From positions 45,012 through 65,011 of the forward strand of contig DLMY01000030.1 in the NCBI GenBank assembly GCA_002478275.1: a DNA stretch of 20,000 nt, read 5' to 3'. Of the stretch, positions 1-7,869 are shown in pieces. The stretch comes from Actinobacteria bacterium UBA7524. GTDB taxonomy: Bacteria > Actinomycetota > Coriobacteriia > Anaerosomatales > UBA912. The notes beneath the pieces were generated by a model. It saw only the letters and a list, made by a program, of their open reading frames with translations, was not told the DNA's origin and made no database searches. Position numbers and translations under genes: made by a program. The first letter of the stretch is position 1; every line of letters starts with the position of its first letter.

Positions 1-275
1 CGTTCACCGAGGGCATGACGAACGGCCGAGGCTTCATCGCTCTGGCGGCGAACATCTTCGGACGCTGGACACCGGGGGGATCGTACGGTGCGGCGCTACT
101 GTTCGGGTTCGCCGAGGCGCTTCAGACGAAGCTCCAGCTTCTCCGGGACGTCATCACGATCCCGTCACAGTTCTTCCTGATGCTGCCGTACGTGCTCACC
201 GTCGTGGTTCTCGCCGGAGTCGTGGGTCGTGCGGTCGCCCCGGCTGCGGTCGGCAAGCCCTACGAGAAGGGGTAG
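1..275 (+). CDS. ABC transporter permease, simple sugar/nucleoside type (BPD_transp_2-like); 3' part only
   Basis: The translation [22 protein letters not shown]...[13 protein letters not shown]...[12 protein letters not shown] matches the typical C-terminus of nucleoside/BMP-associated ABC permeases. The frame is open from the window edge and stops at TAG 273-275. Confidence 0.85.
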   Translation, partial: FTEGMTNGRGFIALAANIFGRWTPGGSYGAALLFGFAEALQTKLQLLRDVITIPSQFFLMLPYVLTVVVLAGVVGRAVAPAAVGKPYEKG

Positions 276-279
276 AGGA

Positions 280-561
280 GTGTCTCGCATCGCCACAGTG
301 CCGCGTGCAGTCTTCTGGGCAGCGACGTGGGGGGTAGGGGTGGCACTTGGCGTCGCTCTTGGCGGCTGGCTCACCGTTGTGGGTGGAGCGAGCGCTCCCG
401 GTACCGAGTCACTCGACCTTGCCGAGGACATCCTGGTCTTGCCCGGCATCGCGGGTGGAGCCGTCTTCGTGCTGCACTTGATCGGACAGTCCATCGCCGC
501 TGCCGTCAGATCGGCCAGACCATCGCACCGCACCGACGATGAGGATCCCGCCCGCAAGTAG
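280..561 (+). CDS. Hypothetical small membrane protein (93 aa, about 2 TM)
   Basis: GTG at 280 lies 4 nt after the permease stop, with purine-rich sequence upstream. Two hydrophobic segments are present (VFWAATWGVGVALGVALGGWLTVV; ILVLPGIAGGAVFVLHLIG). Confidence 0.55.
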   Translation: MSRIATVPRAVFWAATWGVGVALGVALGGWLTVVGGASAPGTESLDLAEDILVLPGIAGGAVFVLHLIGQSIAAAVRSARPSHRTDDEDPARK

Positions 562-699
562 TGCTGCCGCCAGTACGTCACCCGGAAGATCGGGAGAGAA
601 GTCCCCACCGCGACCGATGGCCCGAAGCGTGTAGGCGGCGGCAGCTATCGCCACCGCCGCCCACAACGGCAGTCTTATCGAGGGTCCGCGGGCGATCAC
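409..699 (-). CDS. Hypothetical small membrane protein (96 aa, about 2 TM plus acidic tail)
   Basis: The GTG start directly abuts the TGA stop of the upstream DUF4349 gene (TGA-GTG). Hydrophobic segments are LPLWAAVAIAAAAYTL and VLAAALLAGGILIVGAV. It overlaps the + ORF convergently. Confidence 0.5.
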   Translation of the reverse strand: MIARGPSIRLPLWAAVAIAAAAYTLRAIGRGGDFSPDLPGDVLAAALLAGGILIVGAVRWSGRSDGSGDGLSDQVQHEDGSTRDAGQDQDVLGKVE

Positions 700-1740
700 T
701 CACACCTCGGGTGTCTGTGGGGCTGGATTCTCATCCGGTACAGACGGTGCTTTTGAGCGCCTACGGCGCATCATCGACCTGACGAGGAGCCAGACCACGA
801 GTCCGATGATGATGATCGGTCCCAGGGCCCCGGCGACGACGATGATACCGTTGATGGTGCCTACGAAAGCGCGGACCGCCTGGGTGAGCGAGGCGACGAA
901 GCCCCAATCCTCACCGGCGGGCCTGACCACCGGCTTGGGACCGGTGAGTTCGATGGTCACGGTGGAGTGGGCCGCCTGACGCTCCAGCCACGCGATCTGG
1001 GCCTGCATCGCTTCGATATCTCCGCGGATCCTTGAGAGCTCTTGTTCGACCGCGAGCATCTCGGTGACGTTCTTGGCCTGAGACAGGAACTCGCGCAGTT
1101 GAGCCTCGGTCGCCTGCAGGTTGCCCAGACGTGCCTTGAGGTCCACATGCTCCTGAGTGACATCGCTGCTGTTCTCGGCTTCTCGCAAGACCGTCCCCAG
1201 ATCGGCGATCTCAGCCAGGAACGCGTCCAGCGAGGCCGCAGGGATGCGCACGGTGATGTAGCCGGAAAGGGCGACGTAGTCCAGTGAGGAGCCTCCTTCG
1301 CGGTAGACGGGCCCTTCATCCTCGCTGCTCACCGTCATGTTGACTACGGTGCCTTTGTGGGTCTCGGTTGAGGCGCGGATGGAGTCTACCGCTTCTTCGA
1401 CGCTGTCCACCCTCACCCGCATGTCCACGTTGCGGATGATCAGGCGGTCTTCGGCAGGTATGTCCATCGCATCGATCCCGCTACCACCAGGCGCCGGTGC
1501 GATGGAGCCGGAGCGCACGCCCTGGTCTTCGGCGGAGAGCCCGTATTCTTCGGAGACATATCCTCCGTGCTCACCTTCTCCGACGAACGCAGGCTCGATC
1601 GAGGAGACCGCGTCTTCGGAGGCTGTGGAGCCCTCGAACAACGCGCAGCCCGAGAGTAGACCGCTGGACATGAGCATGATCGCGAGCGCGGCAATGGCGA
1701 CAAGCCGATGAACACTCTTCTTGTTTCGCCCTGTGTTCAT
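700..1740 (-). CDS. DUF4349-family lipoprotein/membrane-anchored protein
   Basis: The signal peptide has a lipobox-like LLSG-C. The core RLIIRNVDMRVRV...ITVRIPA...DVTQEHVDLKARL...ELSRIRGDIE...STVTIEL and a C-terminal TM fit DUF4349. A strong SD (GGAGGTAAGGAGAAGG) precedes ATG 1740. Confidence 0.85.
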   Translation of the reverse strand: MNTGRNKKSVHRLVAIAALAIMLMSSGLLSGCALFEGSTASEDAVSSIEPAFVGEGEHGGYVSEEYGLSAEDQGVRSGSIAPAPGGSGIDAMDIPAEDRLIIRNVDMRVRVDSVEEAVDSIRASTETHKGTVVNMTVSSEDEGPVYREGGSSLDYVALSGYITVRIPAASLDAFLAEIADLGTVLREAENSSDVTQEHVDLKARLGNLQATEAQLREFLSQAKNVTEMLAVEQELSRIRGDIEAMQAQIAWLERQAAHSTVTIELTGPKPVVRPAGEDWGFVASLTQAVRAFVGTINGIIVVAGALGPIIIIGLVVWLLVRSMMRRRRSKAPSVPDENPAPQTPEV

Positions 1741-1779
1741 AACCTTCTCCTTACCTCCGGTTCAGCACACACAATTCGA

Positions 1780-1811
1780 AACGCCCTCCTCGAACAGGGC
1801 AGGAGGGCGTT
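1780..1811 (-). terminator. Hairpin, probable intrinsic terminator after the 43-aa ORF
   Basis: Perfect 11-bp inverted repeat AACGCCCTCCT (1780-1790) / AGGAGGGCGTT (1801-1811) with a 10-nt loop. On the minus strand the stem runs into a T-rich tail (GGGCGTTTCGAATT). Confidence 0.6.
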
Positions 1812-1842
1812 CGTGAGAATCACAGCGAGATGTCTACGGAGG

Positions 1843-1974
1843 CTACTTGCACTTCTCCTCAAGCTTCTTGAGCTGCGTGGCAGCGTAGGCGCCGAGCGCC
1901 ACGCCGATAGCCACGACCACGAAGAAGGCCAGAACAAGCGTGTTGAAGATCGGACTCGCAATGTTCGGAGTCAT
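1843..1974 (-). CDS. Small single-pass membrane protein, 43 aa (MTPNIASPIFNTLVLAFFVVVAIGVALGAYAATQLKKLEEKCK)
   Basis: Manual translation (below the ORF-track size cut-off): ATG 1974, TAG 1845-1843, SD GGAGGTG at 1991-1985. It has one hydrophobic helix followed by a Lys-rich tail and GC-rich third codon positions. Confidence 0.75.
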   Translation of the reverse strand: MTPNIASPIFNTLVLAFFVVVAIGVALGAYAATQLKKLEEKCK

Positions 1975-2016
1975 CTGCGTACTTCACCTCCGTATCGCTG
2001 ATCGGGTCCTGCGCAG

Positions 2017-2046
2017 ATTCTACTTCTAAGCGCGTGTGTGCGGCAA
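2017..2046 (-). promoter_or_regulatory. Putative sigma70-type promoter for the 43-aa ORF
   Basis: On the minus strand: TTGCCG (2046-2041), 18-nt spacer, TAGAAT (2022-2017). Confidence 0.55.
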
Positions 2047-2230
2047 CCGCGAAAGCGATGTCAGCCCGCACTGACGATCGTGCCCCGTATGTCACATTCC
2101 GCTGTCAACGAACGGTTCCTGCTTTGTTCATCTGCTAAGACGGACTGCACGTTCCGACGGTTCGCGGCATTCCGCCATCACCACACACCGGAATCGGGAT
2201 GCACTTGCGTTCTCGTTCCCGGAGAGGCGA

Positions 2231-2310
2231 GGTGGGAGGCTGTGTACTCCTGTGGGATGGTCTCCCATAAAAGTGTTGCAAAGTGGGACAAAGTGTCATA
2301 GAGTGTGGTG
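2231..2310 (+). promoter_or_regulatory. dcw/mraZ promoter with MraZ-type direct-repeat boxes
   Basis: TTGCAA (2276-2281), 17-nt spacer, TAGAGT (2299-2304). It is overlapped by 10-bp repeats AAGTGTTGCA / AAGTGGGACA / AAGTGTCATA / GAGTGTGGTG (2271-2310), with further GTG units at 2232, 2242 and 2252. MraZ is known to bind 10-bp-spaced GTGG/TGGG repeats upstream of its own gene. Confidence 0.75.
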
Positions 2311-2380
2311 CGTGATAACAGGGCGGGCATTCCGGTCCTTCAAGAGCGGGTCAGACGGAGAGAGTGGGGAGGGACGCGAC

Positions 2381-2815
2381 ATGTTTCTCGGCGAGTACCA
2401 GCACACGCTGGACGCCAAGGGTCGTGTCTCGCTGCCCGCGAGGTTCCGTGCTGAGATGACCGGCAAGATCGTCGTCGCTAAAGGGCTCGACGAGTGCCTG
2501 TACGTGTATCCCGCTGACGAGTACGTCAAGTTCCAGGATTCCCTGCTGGAGGGTTCGGATTTCGATCCCAGGAAACGTCAACTGCGACGGTTCTTCATGG
2601 CAGGCGCCAGCGAGACTGAGCTCGACTCGGCTGGCAGAGTCTCGATCCCTGTCAACCTGCGGGAACATGCAGGTCTCGATAGGGATGTGGTGATCACCGG
2701 TAACGGTGACCGCATCGAGATCTGGGATACGAAAGCGTGGAGCGAGTACAACGACGCATCCACGGAGAAGATCGAAGACCTTGCTCAGGAGCTGGCGAGC
2801 GCCGGACTCCTCTAG
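2381..2815 (+). CDS. mraZ: Transcriptional regulator MraZ
   Basis: MFLGEYQHTLDAKGRVSLPARFR...LDSAGRVSIP...GNGDRIEIWD gives two DxxGR repeats. SD GGGAGGG precedes ATG 2381, and it is the first gene of the dcw cluster. Confidence 0.97.
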   Translation: MFLGEYQHTLDAKGRVSLPARFRAEMTGKIVVAKGLDECLYVYPADEYVKFQDSLLEGSDFDPRKRQLRRFFMAGASETELDSAGRVSIPVNLREHAGLDRDVVITGNGDRIEIWDTKAWSEYNDASTEKIEDLAQELASAGLL

Positions 2816-2824
2816 GGATTGACA

Positions 2825-3925
2825 ATGGAATATCGGCACACCCCAGTTTTGCNNNNNNNNNNNNNNNNNNNNNNNNNNNNNNNNNNNNNNNNNNNNNNNN
2901 NNNNNNNNNNNNNNNNNNNNNNNNNNNNNNNNNNNNNNNNNNNNNNNNNNNNNNNNNNNNNNNNNNNNNNNNNNNNNNNNNNNNNNNNNNNNNNNNNNNN
3001 NNNNNNNNNNNNNNNNNNNNNNNNNNNNNNNNNNNNNNNNNNNNNNNNNNNNNNNNNNNNNNNNNNNNNNNNNNNNACCTTAGGCGGGGCAGGACACGCG
3101 AAGCGGATGGCAGATTCGATACAACCCACCGGGATCTTGGTGGGCATCGACCAAGATGATGCCGCACTTGATGCAGCAGCAGTCACACTCCGCCTCGGCC
3201 AGCAAGCCATTCTGCTCAAAGGGAACTTCGGAGACCTGGATGCGTTGCTCCAGGAAGCGGGGATCCCCTACGCAGATGCGGTTCTCTTCGACCTCGGCGT
3301 CTCCTCACCGCAACTCGATCTCGCTGAACGCGGGTTCACGTACCAGAGCGAGGCGCCACTGGACATGCGGATGGATGCGAGCGGGCCTCTCACAGCAGCG
3401 GACGTCGTCAATACATACTCCGAATCCCAGCTGGCCCGCATCATCCGCGAGTACGGGGAAGAGAGGTGGGCCTCGCGCATCGCAGAATTCATCGTAGCCG
3501 CGCGAGGCCGCCATCCCCTTGCGTCGACGGAAGACCTGGTCGACGTGATCAAGGCGGCCGTTCCCGCATCCGCCAGGCGTGAAGGAGGGCACCCTGCCCG
3601 AAGGACGTTCCAGGCTCTACGTATCGAAGTGAACCGTGAGCTGGAGGTCCTCGAACAGGGACTCCGGGCGGCCGCTCGCTGGTTGACTCCCGGAGGGCGG
3701 CTTGCCGTCATCAGCTACCACTCTCTCGAGGACCGGATAGTCAAGAAGGTCATCTCCGAACTCTCCGCTGGATGCACATGTCCACCAGAGATGCCGGTAT
3801 GTACCTGCGATACCGTGCCGATACTCCGCCCGGTCACTCGGCGTCCGATCGTTCCGACCGCCGAGGAGATCGAGTCGAATCCACGCGCTCGCAGCGCGAA
3901 GTTGCGAGTCGCAGAACGGATCTGA
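2825..3925 (+). CDS. rsmH: 16S rRNA m4C1402 methyltransferase RsmH (MraW); spans an N gap
   Basis: Motifs HTPVL, TLGGAGH, DLGVSSPQLD, PLDMRM, FQALRIEVNREL, ISYHSLEDRIVK and NPRARSAKLR. An alternative start is TTG 2819. Confidence 0.96.
   Translation: MEYRHTPVLXXXXXXXXXXXXXXXXXXXXXXXXXXXXXXXXXXXXXXXXXXXXXXXXXXXXXXXXXXXXXXXXXXXXXXXXXXXTLGGAGHAKRMADSIQPTGILVGIDQDDAALDAAAVTLRLGQQAILLKGNFGDLDALLQEAGIPYADAVLFDLGVSSPQLDLAERGFTYQSEAPLDMRMDASGPLTAADVVNTYSESQLARIIREYGEERWASRIAEFIVAARGRHPLASTEDLVDVIKAAVPASARREGGHPARRTFQALRIEVNRELEVLEQGLRAAARWLTPGGRLAVISYHSLEDRIVKKVISELSAGCTCPPEMPVCTCDTVPILRPVTRRPIVPTAEEIESNPRARSAKLRVAERI
2853..3076. other. Assembly gap (224 N)
   Basis: Run of N inside rsmH. Confidence 0.99.
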
Positions 3926-3974
3926 GTCGAGGACGTTGCGATGCGTCTGTGGAAGTGAGAGGAGATGAGAAGCT

Positions 3975-4592
3975 GTGGGACAGGCGGTGCGCAAGCGCAC
4001 GAGCACGTCTTCCACGCGGACACCACGGCTTCGACTCGTCTCCAGTCGCGCTCGACGCCGCCCCACGCGTTCCTCGGCAGCACGTGAGGCGCAGTGCCGC
4101 GATCTCTTCGGCATCGCATGCCTGCTCATGCTGGTGATCGCCCTGTTCGGCGTGGGTCGCGTCATGCTGTCGGCCAAGGCCGTAGAGGCCAGCATGGACG
4201 CGAGCCGCCTGAGGAGCGATATCAAGTCAGAGCGCTATACCGGCAGCGTTCTTGAAGCCGACCGCAGTGCCCTGGCGACGCCCTCGCGCATCGAGTGCAT
4301 CGCCGAGGGGTCACTCAAGATGGCTCAGGCCCCTGAGATTCGTTACATCACCGTTCCGAAGGAATCGGGAGTCGCGGCTGCGTGTGTGACGGCCGAACAC
4401 GAGGATGCGGTTTCGACGCGGACCACGCCGCTGGTCCAGGGGGCTGCTACCGTCGGCACCGCGGATGGCGTACCCATGCCTCCGCGCAGAAGCGGAGTCG
4501 TCGCGGGCGTCATAGCATCGGTCATGGAGCTGGCCGCCGGTGAGGCTCATGTGCTGCTCGTCGGCGACGTCGGGCTCGCTACGACGAAGTGA
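3975..4592 (+). CDS. ftsL: Cell division protein FtsL-like
   Basis: It lies between rsmH and ftsI. It has a basic N-terminal tail, one TM, then a coiled-coil ending ALATPSRIECIAEGSLKM (FtsL-like). SD GAGGAG precedes the GTG. Confidence 0.75.
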   Translation: MGQAVRKRTSTSSTRTPRLRLVSSRARRRPTRSSAAREAQCRDLFGIACLLMLVIALFGVGRVMLSAKAVEASMDASRLRSDIKSERYTGSVLEADRSALATPSRIECIAEGSLKMAQAPEIRYITVPKESGVAAACVTAEHEDAVSTRTTPLVQGAATVGTADGVPMPPRRSGVVAGVIASVMELAAGEAHVLLVGDVGLATTK

Positions 4593-6361
4593 GGCGGTAC
4601 TTCGGCAACGGACATGGAGGCAGCGTGGGAGCAGTGCGCAAGAAACGGACGGCCGCTCGTGGCCGTTTCGTCTTCGTATGGGTGTGCACGCTGCTCGCCC
4701 TCCTCGTCGTCGCGGGCAAGCTCATTCAACTCCAGGTAGTCGCCGCCCCGGCTTACGCCCAGCGGGCGGCCGCTCAACGCACGCGTGACGTGACACTCCC
4801 TCCGAAACGCGGATCCATCTACGACCGGGAAGGGGAGCCTCTGGCCGTGAGCGTGGAGGCCAGGACCATCTACGCGACCCCTTACCTCGTCGAGGACCCT
4901 TCCAGTGCCGCGGAAGCCCTTGCAGGGATACTAGGTGGCGAAGCCGCCACGTACGAGGAACGCCTGTCCAAGAGATCCGGATTCGTCTACATAGCCCGGA
5001 AGGTCGACATGGAGCGGGCGGTGGCCGTCGAGAAGCTCGATCTCGCGGGCATCGGATTCCTCGAGGACTCAAGGCGCACGTATCCTTCCGGCGAGCTCGC
5101 CTGCCAGGTACTCGGTTTCGTCGGAGTCGACGACCAGGGGCTTGCGGGTATCGAGCAGTACTACGATGAGATCCTGGCCGGAACGCCGGGAACGCTCCTC
5201 GCGGAACGGGATCCGTTCGGGCGCCTCATCCCCGGCGGTGTCATGCATGCCGAGGAGCCAGTGGACGGGCAGAACATCGTTCTGACCATAGACAAGGATA
5301 TCCAGTACCAGACTCAGATCGCCTTGAACGAAGCGGTCGAGAAGTGGAATGCGGCCAGCGGTACGGTCGTGATCATGGATCCTCGTAACGGAGACATCCT
5401 CGCCATGGCTTCGTATCCCGGGTTCAATCCGAACAAGTACCGCGAGGCCACACCGGACGCGATACGGAATCGGGCTGTCACGGACACCTACGAGCCGGGT
5501 TCGACCGTCAAGTCGCTGACCGCTGCGGCGGTCATCGACAAGGGGCTGGCCACGCCGGACACGATGTACGACTTGCCTTCGACGATCAAGGTGGGAGGCA
5601 GGACGATAGGCGAGGCACATCCGCGGCCAAGAGCCAACTGGTCTCTCACTGAGATCGTAACCAAGTCGAGCAACGTGGGGGCCGTCAAACTGGGCATGGA
5701 GCTGGGGCCTGAGGGGCTCTATGAGTACTTCGACCGGTTCGGGTTGACGGAGAAGACAGGCGTCGATTTCCCCGGAGAGGTCAAGGGTTGGCTGCCGCCC
5801 ACCGGGCAGTGGTCAGCCTCGACCATCGGTACGGTACCGTTCGGCCAGGGCGTCTCCATGACGACCTTGCAGTTGGCCAGGGCCCTTTCGGCCATCGCGA
5901 ACGAGGGTGCGTTGCCGACGCCGCACTTCCTGCAGGCGCTGCCAGACGACCAGCTCACCCGTCTCGTGTGGCCCACGAAGAACGTGCTGTCTCCGGAGAC
6001 GTCAAGGGTGATGCAGGAGGTGATGGGTGCCGTCATCACTGAAGGCACAGGTGGTTCCGCTGCCGTTCCCGGATATACCGTCGCCGGAAAGACGGGTACG
6101 GCACAGAAGGCGAGAACCGACGGTCGTGGTTACGCAGCCGGAAAGTACGTCGCGTCGTTCAGTGGATTCTTGCCGGCAGAGGACCCGCAGGTCCTGATCA
6201 TCGTGAACATCGACGAGCCGCGAAACGCCATATACGGCGGCGTCGTTGCCGCACCGGTCTTCAGCCGCCTGGCGGAGTTCGCGGTCTCGCACCTCAAGAT
6301 ACCGCCCACCACGGTGCTCGGTTCTGACGACAGTACGGTAACACCTGTACCGGCACCCTGA
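4589..6361 (+). CDS. ftsI: Class B penicillin-binding protein FtsI (septal D,D-transpeptidase)
   Basis: N-terminal TM, RGSIYDREG, GLAGIEQYYD, and active-site motifs STVK, SSN and KTGT. No PASTA domain is evident. The start overlaps the ftsL stop (GTGA); alternative starts are GTG 4625 or 4634. Confidence 0.95.
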   Translation: MRRYFGNGHGGSVGAVRKKRTAARGRFVFVWVCTLLALLVVAGKLIQLQVVAAPAYAQRAAAQRTRDVTLPPKRGSIYDREGEPLAVSVEARTIYATPYLVEDPSSAAEALAGILGGEAATYEERLSKRSGFVYIARKVDMERAVAVEKLDLAGIGFLEDSRRTYPSGELACQVLGFVGVDDQGLAGIEQYYDEILAGTPGTLLAERDPFGRLIPGGVMHAEEPVDGQNIVLTIDKDIQYQTQIALNEAVEKWNAASGTVVIMDPRNGDILAMASYPGFNPNKYREATPDAIRNRAVTDTYEPGSTVKSLTAAAVIDKGLATPDTMYDLPSTIKVGGRTIGEAHPRPRANWSLTEIVTKSSNVGAVKLGMELGPEGLYEYFDRFGLTEKTGVDFPGEVKGWLPPTGQWSASTIGTVPFGQGVSMTTLQLARALSAIANEGALPTPHFLQALPDDQLTRLVWPTKNVLSPETSRVMQEVMGAVITEGTGGSAAVPGYTVAGKTGTAQKARTDGRGYAAGKYVASFSGFLPAEDPQVLIIVNIDEPRNAIYGGVVAAPVFSRLAEFAVSHLKIPPTTVLGSDDSTVTPVPAP

Positions 6362-6402
6362 TGAACGCACGGTACGCGTGCTAGCATAAGCAGTTCGACC
6401 GG

Positions 6403-7869
6403 ATGAGAGTGGCAGTGCAGCAGACACAGGACATTCTGGGACTCATAGGTGAAGACGAGGTCATAGAGGGCCGCCCGGCCCCCGTGAGCTCTATCGAGTA
6501 CCGCTCCGGCGAGATCGTTCCCGGAAGCGCGTTCTTCTGCATCCCGGGGCTCAAGCACGACGGGCACGACTTCGTCGAAGCTGCTGTGGCCGCCGGCGCG
6601 AAGGTGCTCGTGGTCGAACGTCCTGTGTCGGGGTACCCGGGCGTCACTCAGGTTCTCGTACGTGATACTCGTCGTGCTCTCGCTCTCGCTGCTTCTGCCT
6701 TCTACGGTCACCCTTCGGCAGAGATGAACGTCATCGGTGTCACGGGAACGAACGGCAAGACCACCACGACGTATCTCGTGGACAGCATCATGAGGTACGC
6801 AGCGCACACGACCGGCCTGATCGGTACGGTCGAGACCCGCATGCATGGTGAGAGCACGGGTTCTGAACGGACGACTCCGGAATCGGCCGACCTGCAGCGG
6901 CTGTTCGCCACGATGAGAGACGCAGGCGTCGATACGGTCTCGATGGAGGTCTCCTCTCACGCTATCGATCTCAAGAGGGTCGACGGTGTGCGTTTCGGTG
7001 TCGCCGCCTTCACCAATCTCACCCAGGACCACCTCGACTACCATCACACCGTCGAGGAGTACGCCTCTGTCAAGAAGCGTCTGTTCCACGAGTTCGACGT
7101 GGGTCATCGTGTCGTCAACATCGACGATCCTGTGGGCGAGCAGCTTGCGGCCGAACTGCCTGAGGTGTTGACGGTCGGAATGAACGACCGAGCGCACGTC
7201 AGTGCCACTGATATCAAGTTGTCGACCGAAGGCGCCCGTTTCACGCTCCTGACGCCCGATGGTTCGGCCGCCGTGGTGTTGCCCCTCTCCGGGGCTTTCA
7301 ACGTGAGCAACGCGCTCGTCGCCGCAGGCTGCGCTGTAGCCTGCGGCATCTCGATCGGCGACATCGCGATCGGGCTTGCGAGCGCGCCTCAGGTTCCCGG
7401 GCGACTCGAGCGTATCGACGAGGGTCAGCCGTTCGCGGTGTATGTGGATTACGCGCATACCCCGGACAGTCTCGACAAGGCGATTCGCGCGGTACGCCAT
7501 GTGACTTCACGCAGGGTGCTCGTGGTGTTCGGATGTGGGGGCGATCGCGACCCGGAGAAGCGGCCACTCATGGGTGCCGCCGCCTCCCAGGGAGCCGACC
7601 ACATCATCGTGACGAGTGACAATCCCCGCTCCGAGGATCCGGTGGGCATCATGCTGCAGATCGAGGATGGCCTGCGACACGGCCCAGCATCATACGAGAT
7701 GGTGGTTGACCGGCGGCAGGCGATCGCCTCGGCGTTCGCCCAGGCCGAGGAGGGCGATACAGTGCTGGTGGCCGGCAAAGGCCATGAGGACTATCAGATC
7801 TTCGCTGACCGGACGATCCATTTCGATGACCGTGAGGTTGCACGAGAGGAGTTGGGGAGCCTGTGCTGA
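6403..7869 (+). CDS. murE: UDP-MurNAc-L-Ala-D-Glu:meso-DAP ligase MurE
   Basis: Motifs GVTGTNGKTT, TTPES, MEVSSH, FTNLTQDHLDYH, DYAHTPD, FGCGGDRD, DNPR (DAP-type) and AGKGHE. Confidence 0.96.
   Translation: MRVAVQQTQDILGLIGEDEVIEGRPAPVSSIEYRSGEIVPGSAFFCIPGLKHDGHDFVEAAVAAGAKVLVVERPVSGYPGVTQVLVRDTRRALALAASAFYGHPSAEMNVIGVTGTNGKTTTTYLVDSIMRYAAHTTGLIGTVETRMHGESTGSERTTPESADLQRLFATMRDAGVDTVSMEVSSHAIDLKRVDGVRFGVAAFTNLTQDHLDYHHTVEEYASVKKRLFHEFDVGHRVVNIDDPVGEQLAAELPEVLTVGMNDRAHVSATDIKLSTEGARFTLLTPDGSAAVVLPLSGAFNVSNALVAAGCAVACGISIGDIAIGLASAPQVPGRLERIDEGQPFAVYVDYAHTPDSLDKAIRAVRHVTSRRVLVVFGCGGDRDPEKRPLMGAAASQGADHIIVTSDNPRSEDPVGIMLQIEDGLRHGPASYEMVVDRRQAIASAFAQAEEGDTVLVAGKGHEDYQIFADRTIHFDDREVAREELGSLC

Noticed and set aside
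2040..2075. GGCAACCGCGAAAGCG resembling the start of a c-di-GMP-I (GEMM) riboswitch
   Set aside because: It lacks the GCAAAC...GGGACGCAAAGC core and second stem, and it overlaps the -35 of the minus-strand promoter.
1708..2095. ORF-track calls 1708-2001(+), 1737-1961(-) and 1859-2095(-)
   Set aside because: They lack good SD sequences or protein-like composition. The 43-aa ORF in the remaining minus frame explains the region better.
2103..2108. Perfect TTGACA on the minus strand
   Set aside because: There is no -10-like hexamer at 16-18 nt spacing.
2252..2380. N-terminal extension of MraZ in the ORF track
   Set aside because: This region contains the promoter and operator. ATG 2381 has an SD and gives the canonical MFLGEY start.
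3773..3808. CTCPPEMPVCTC cysteine cluster in RsmH
   Set aside because: This is a common insertion in many RsmH proteins and is not novel.
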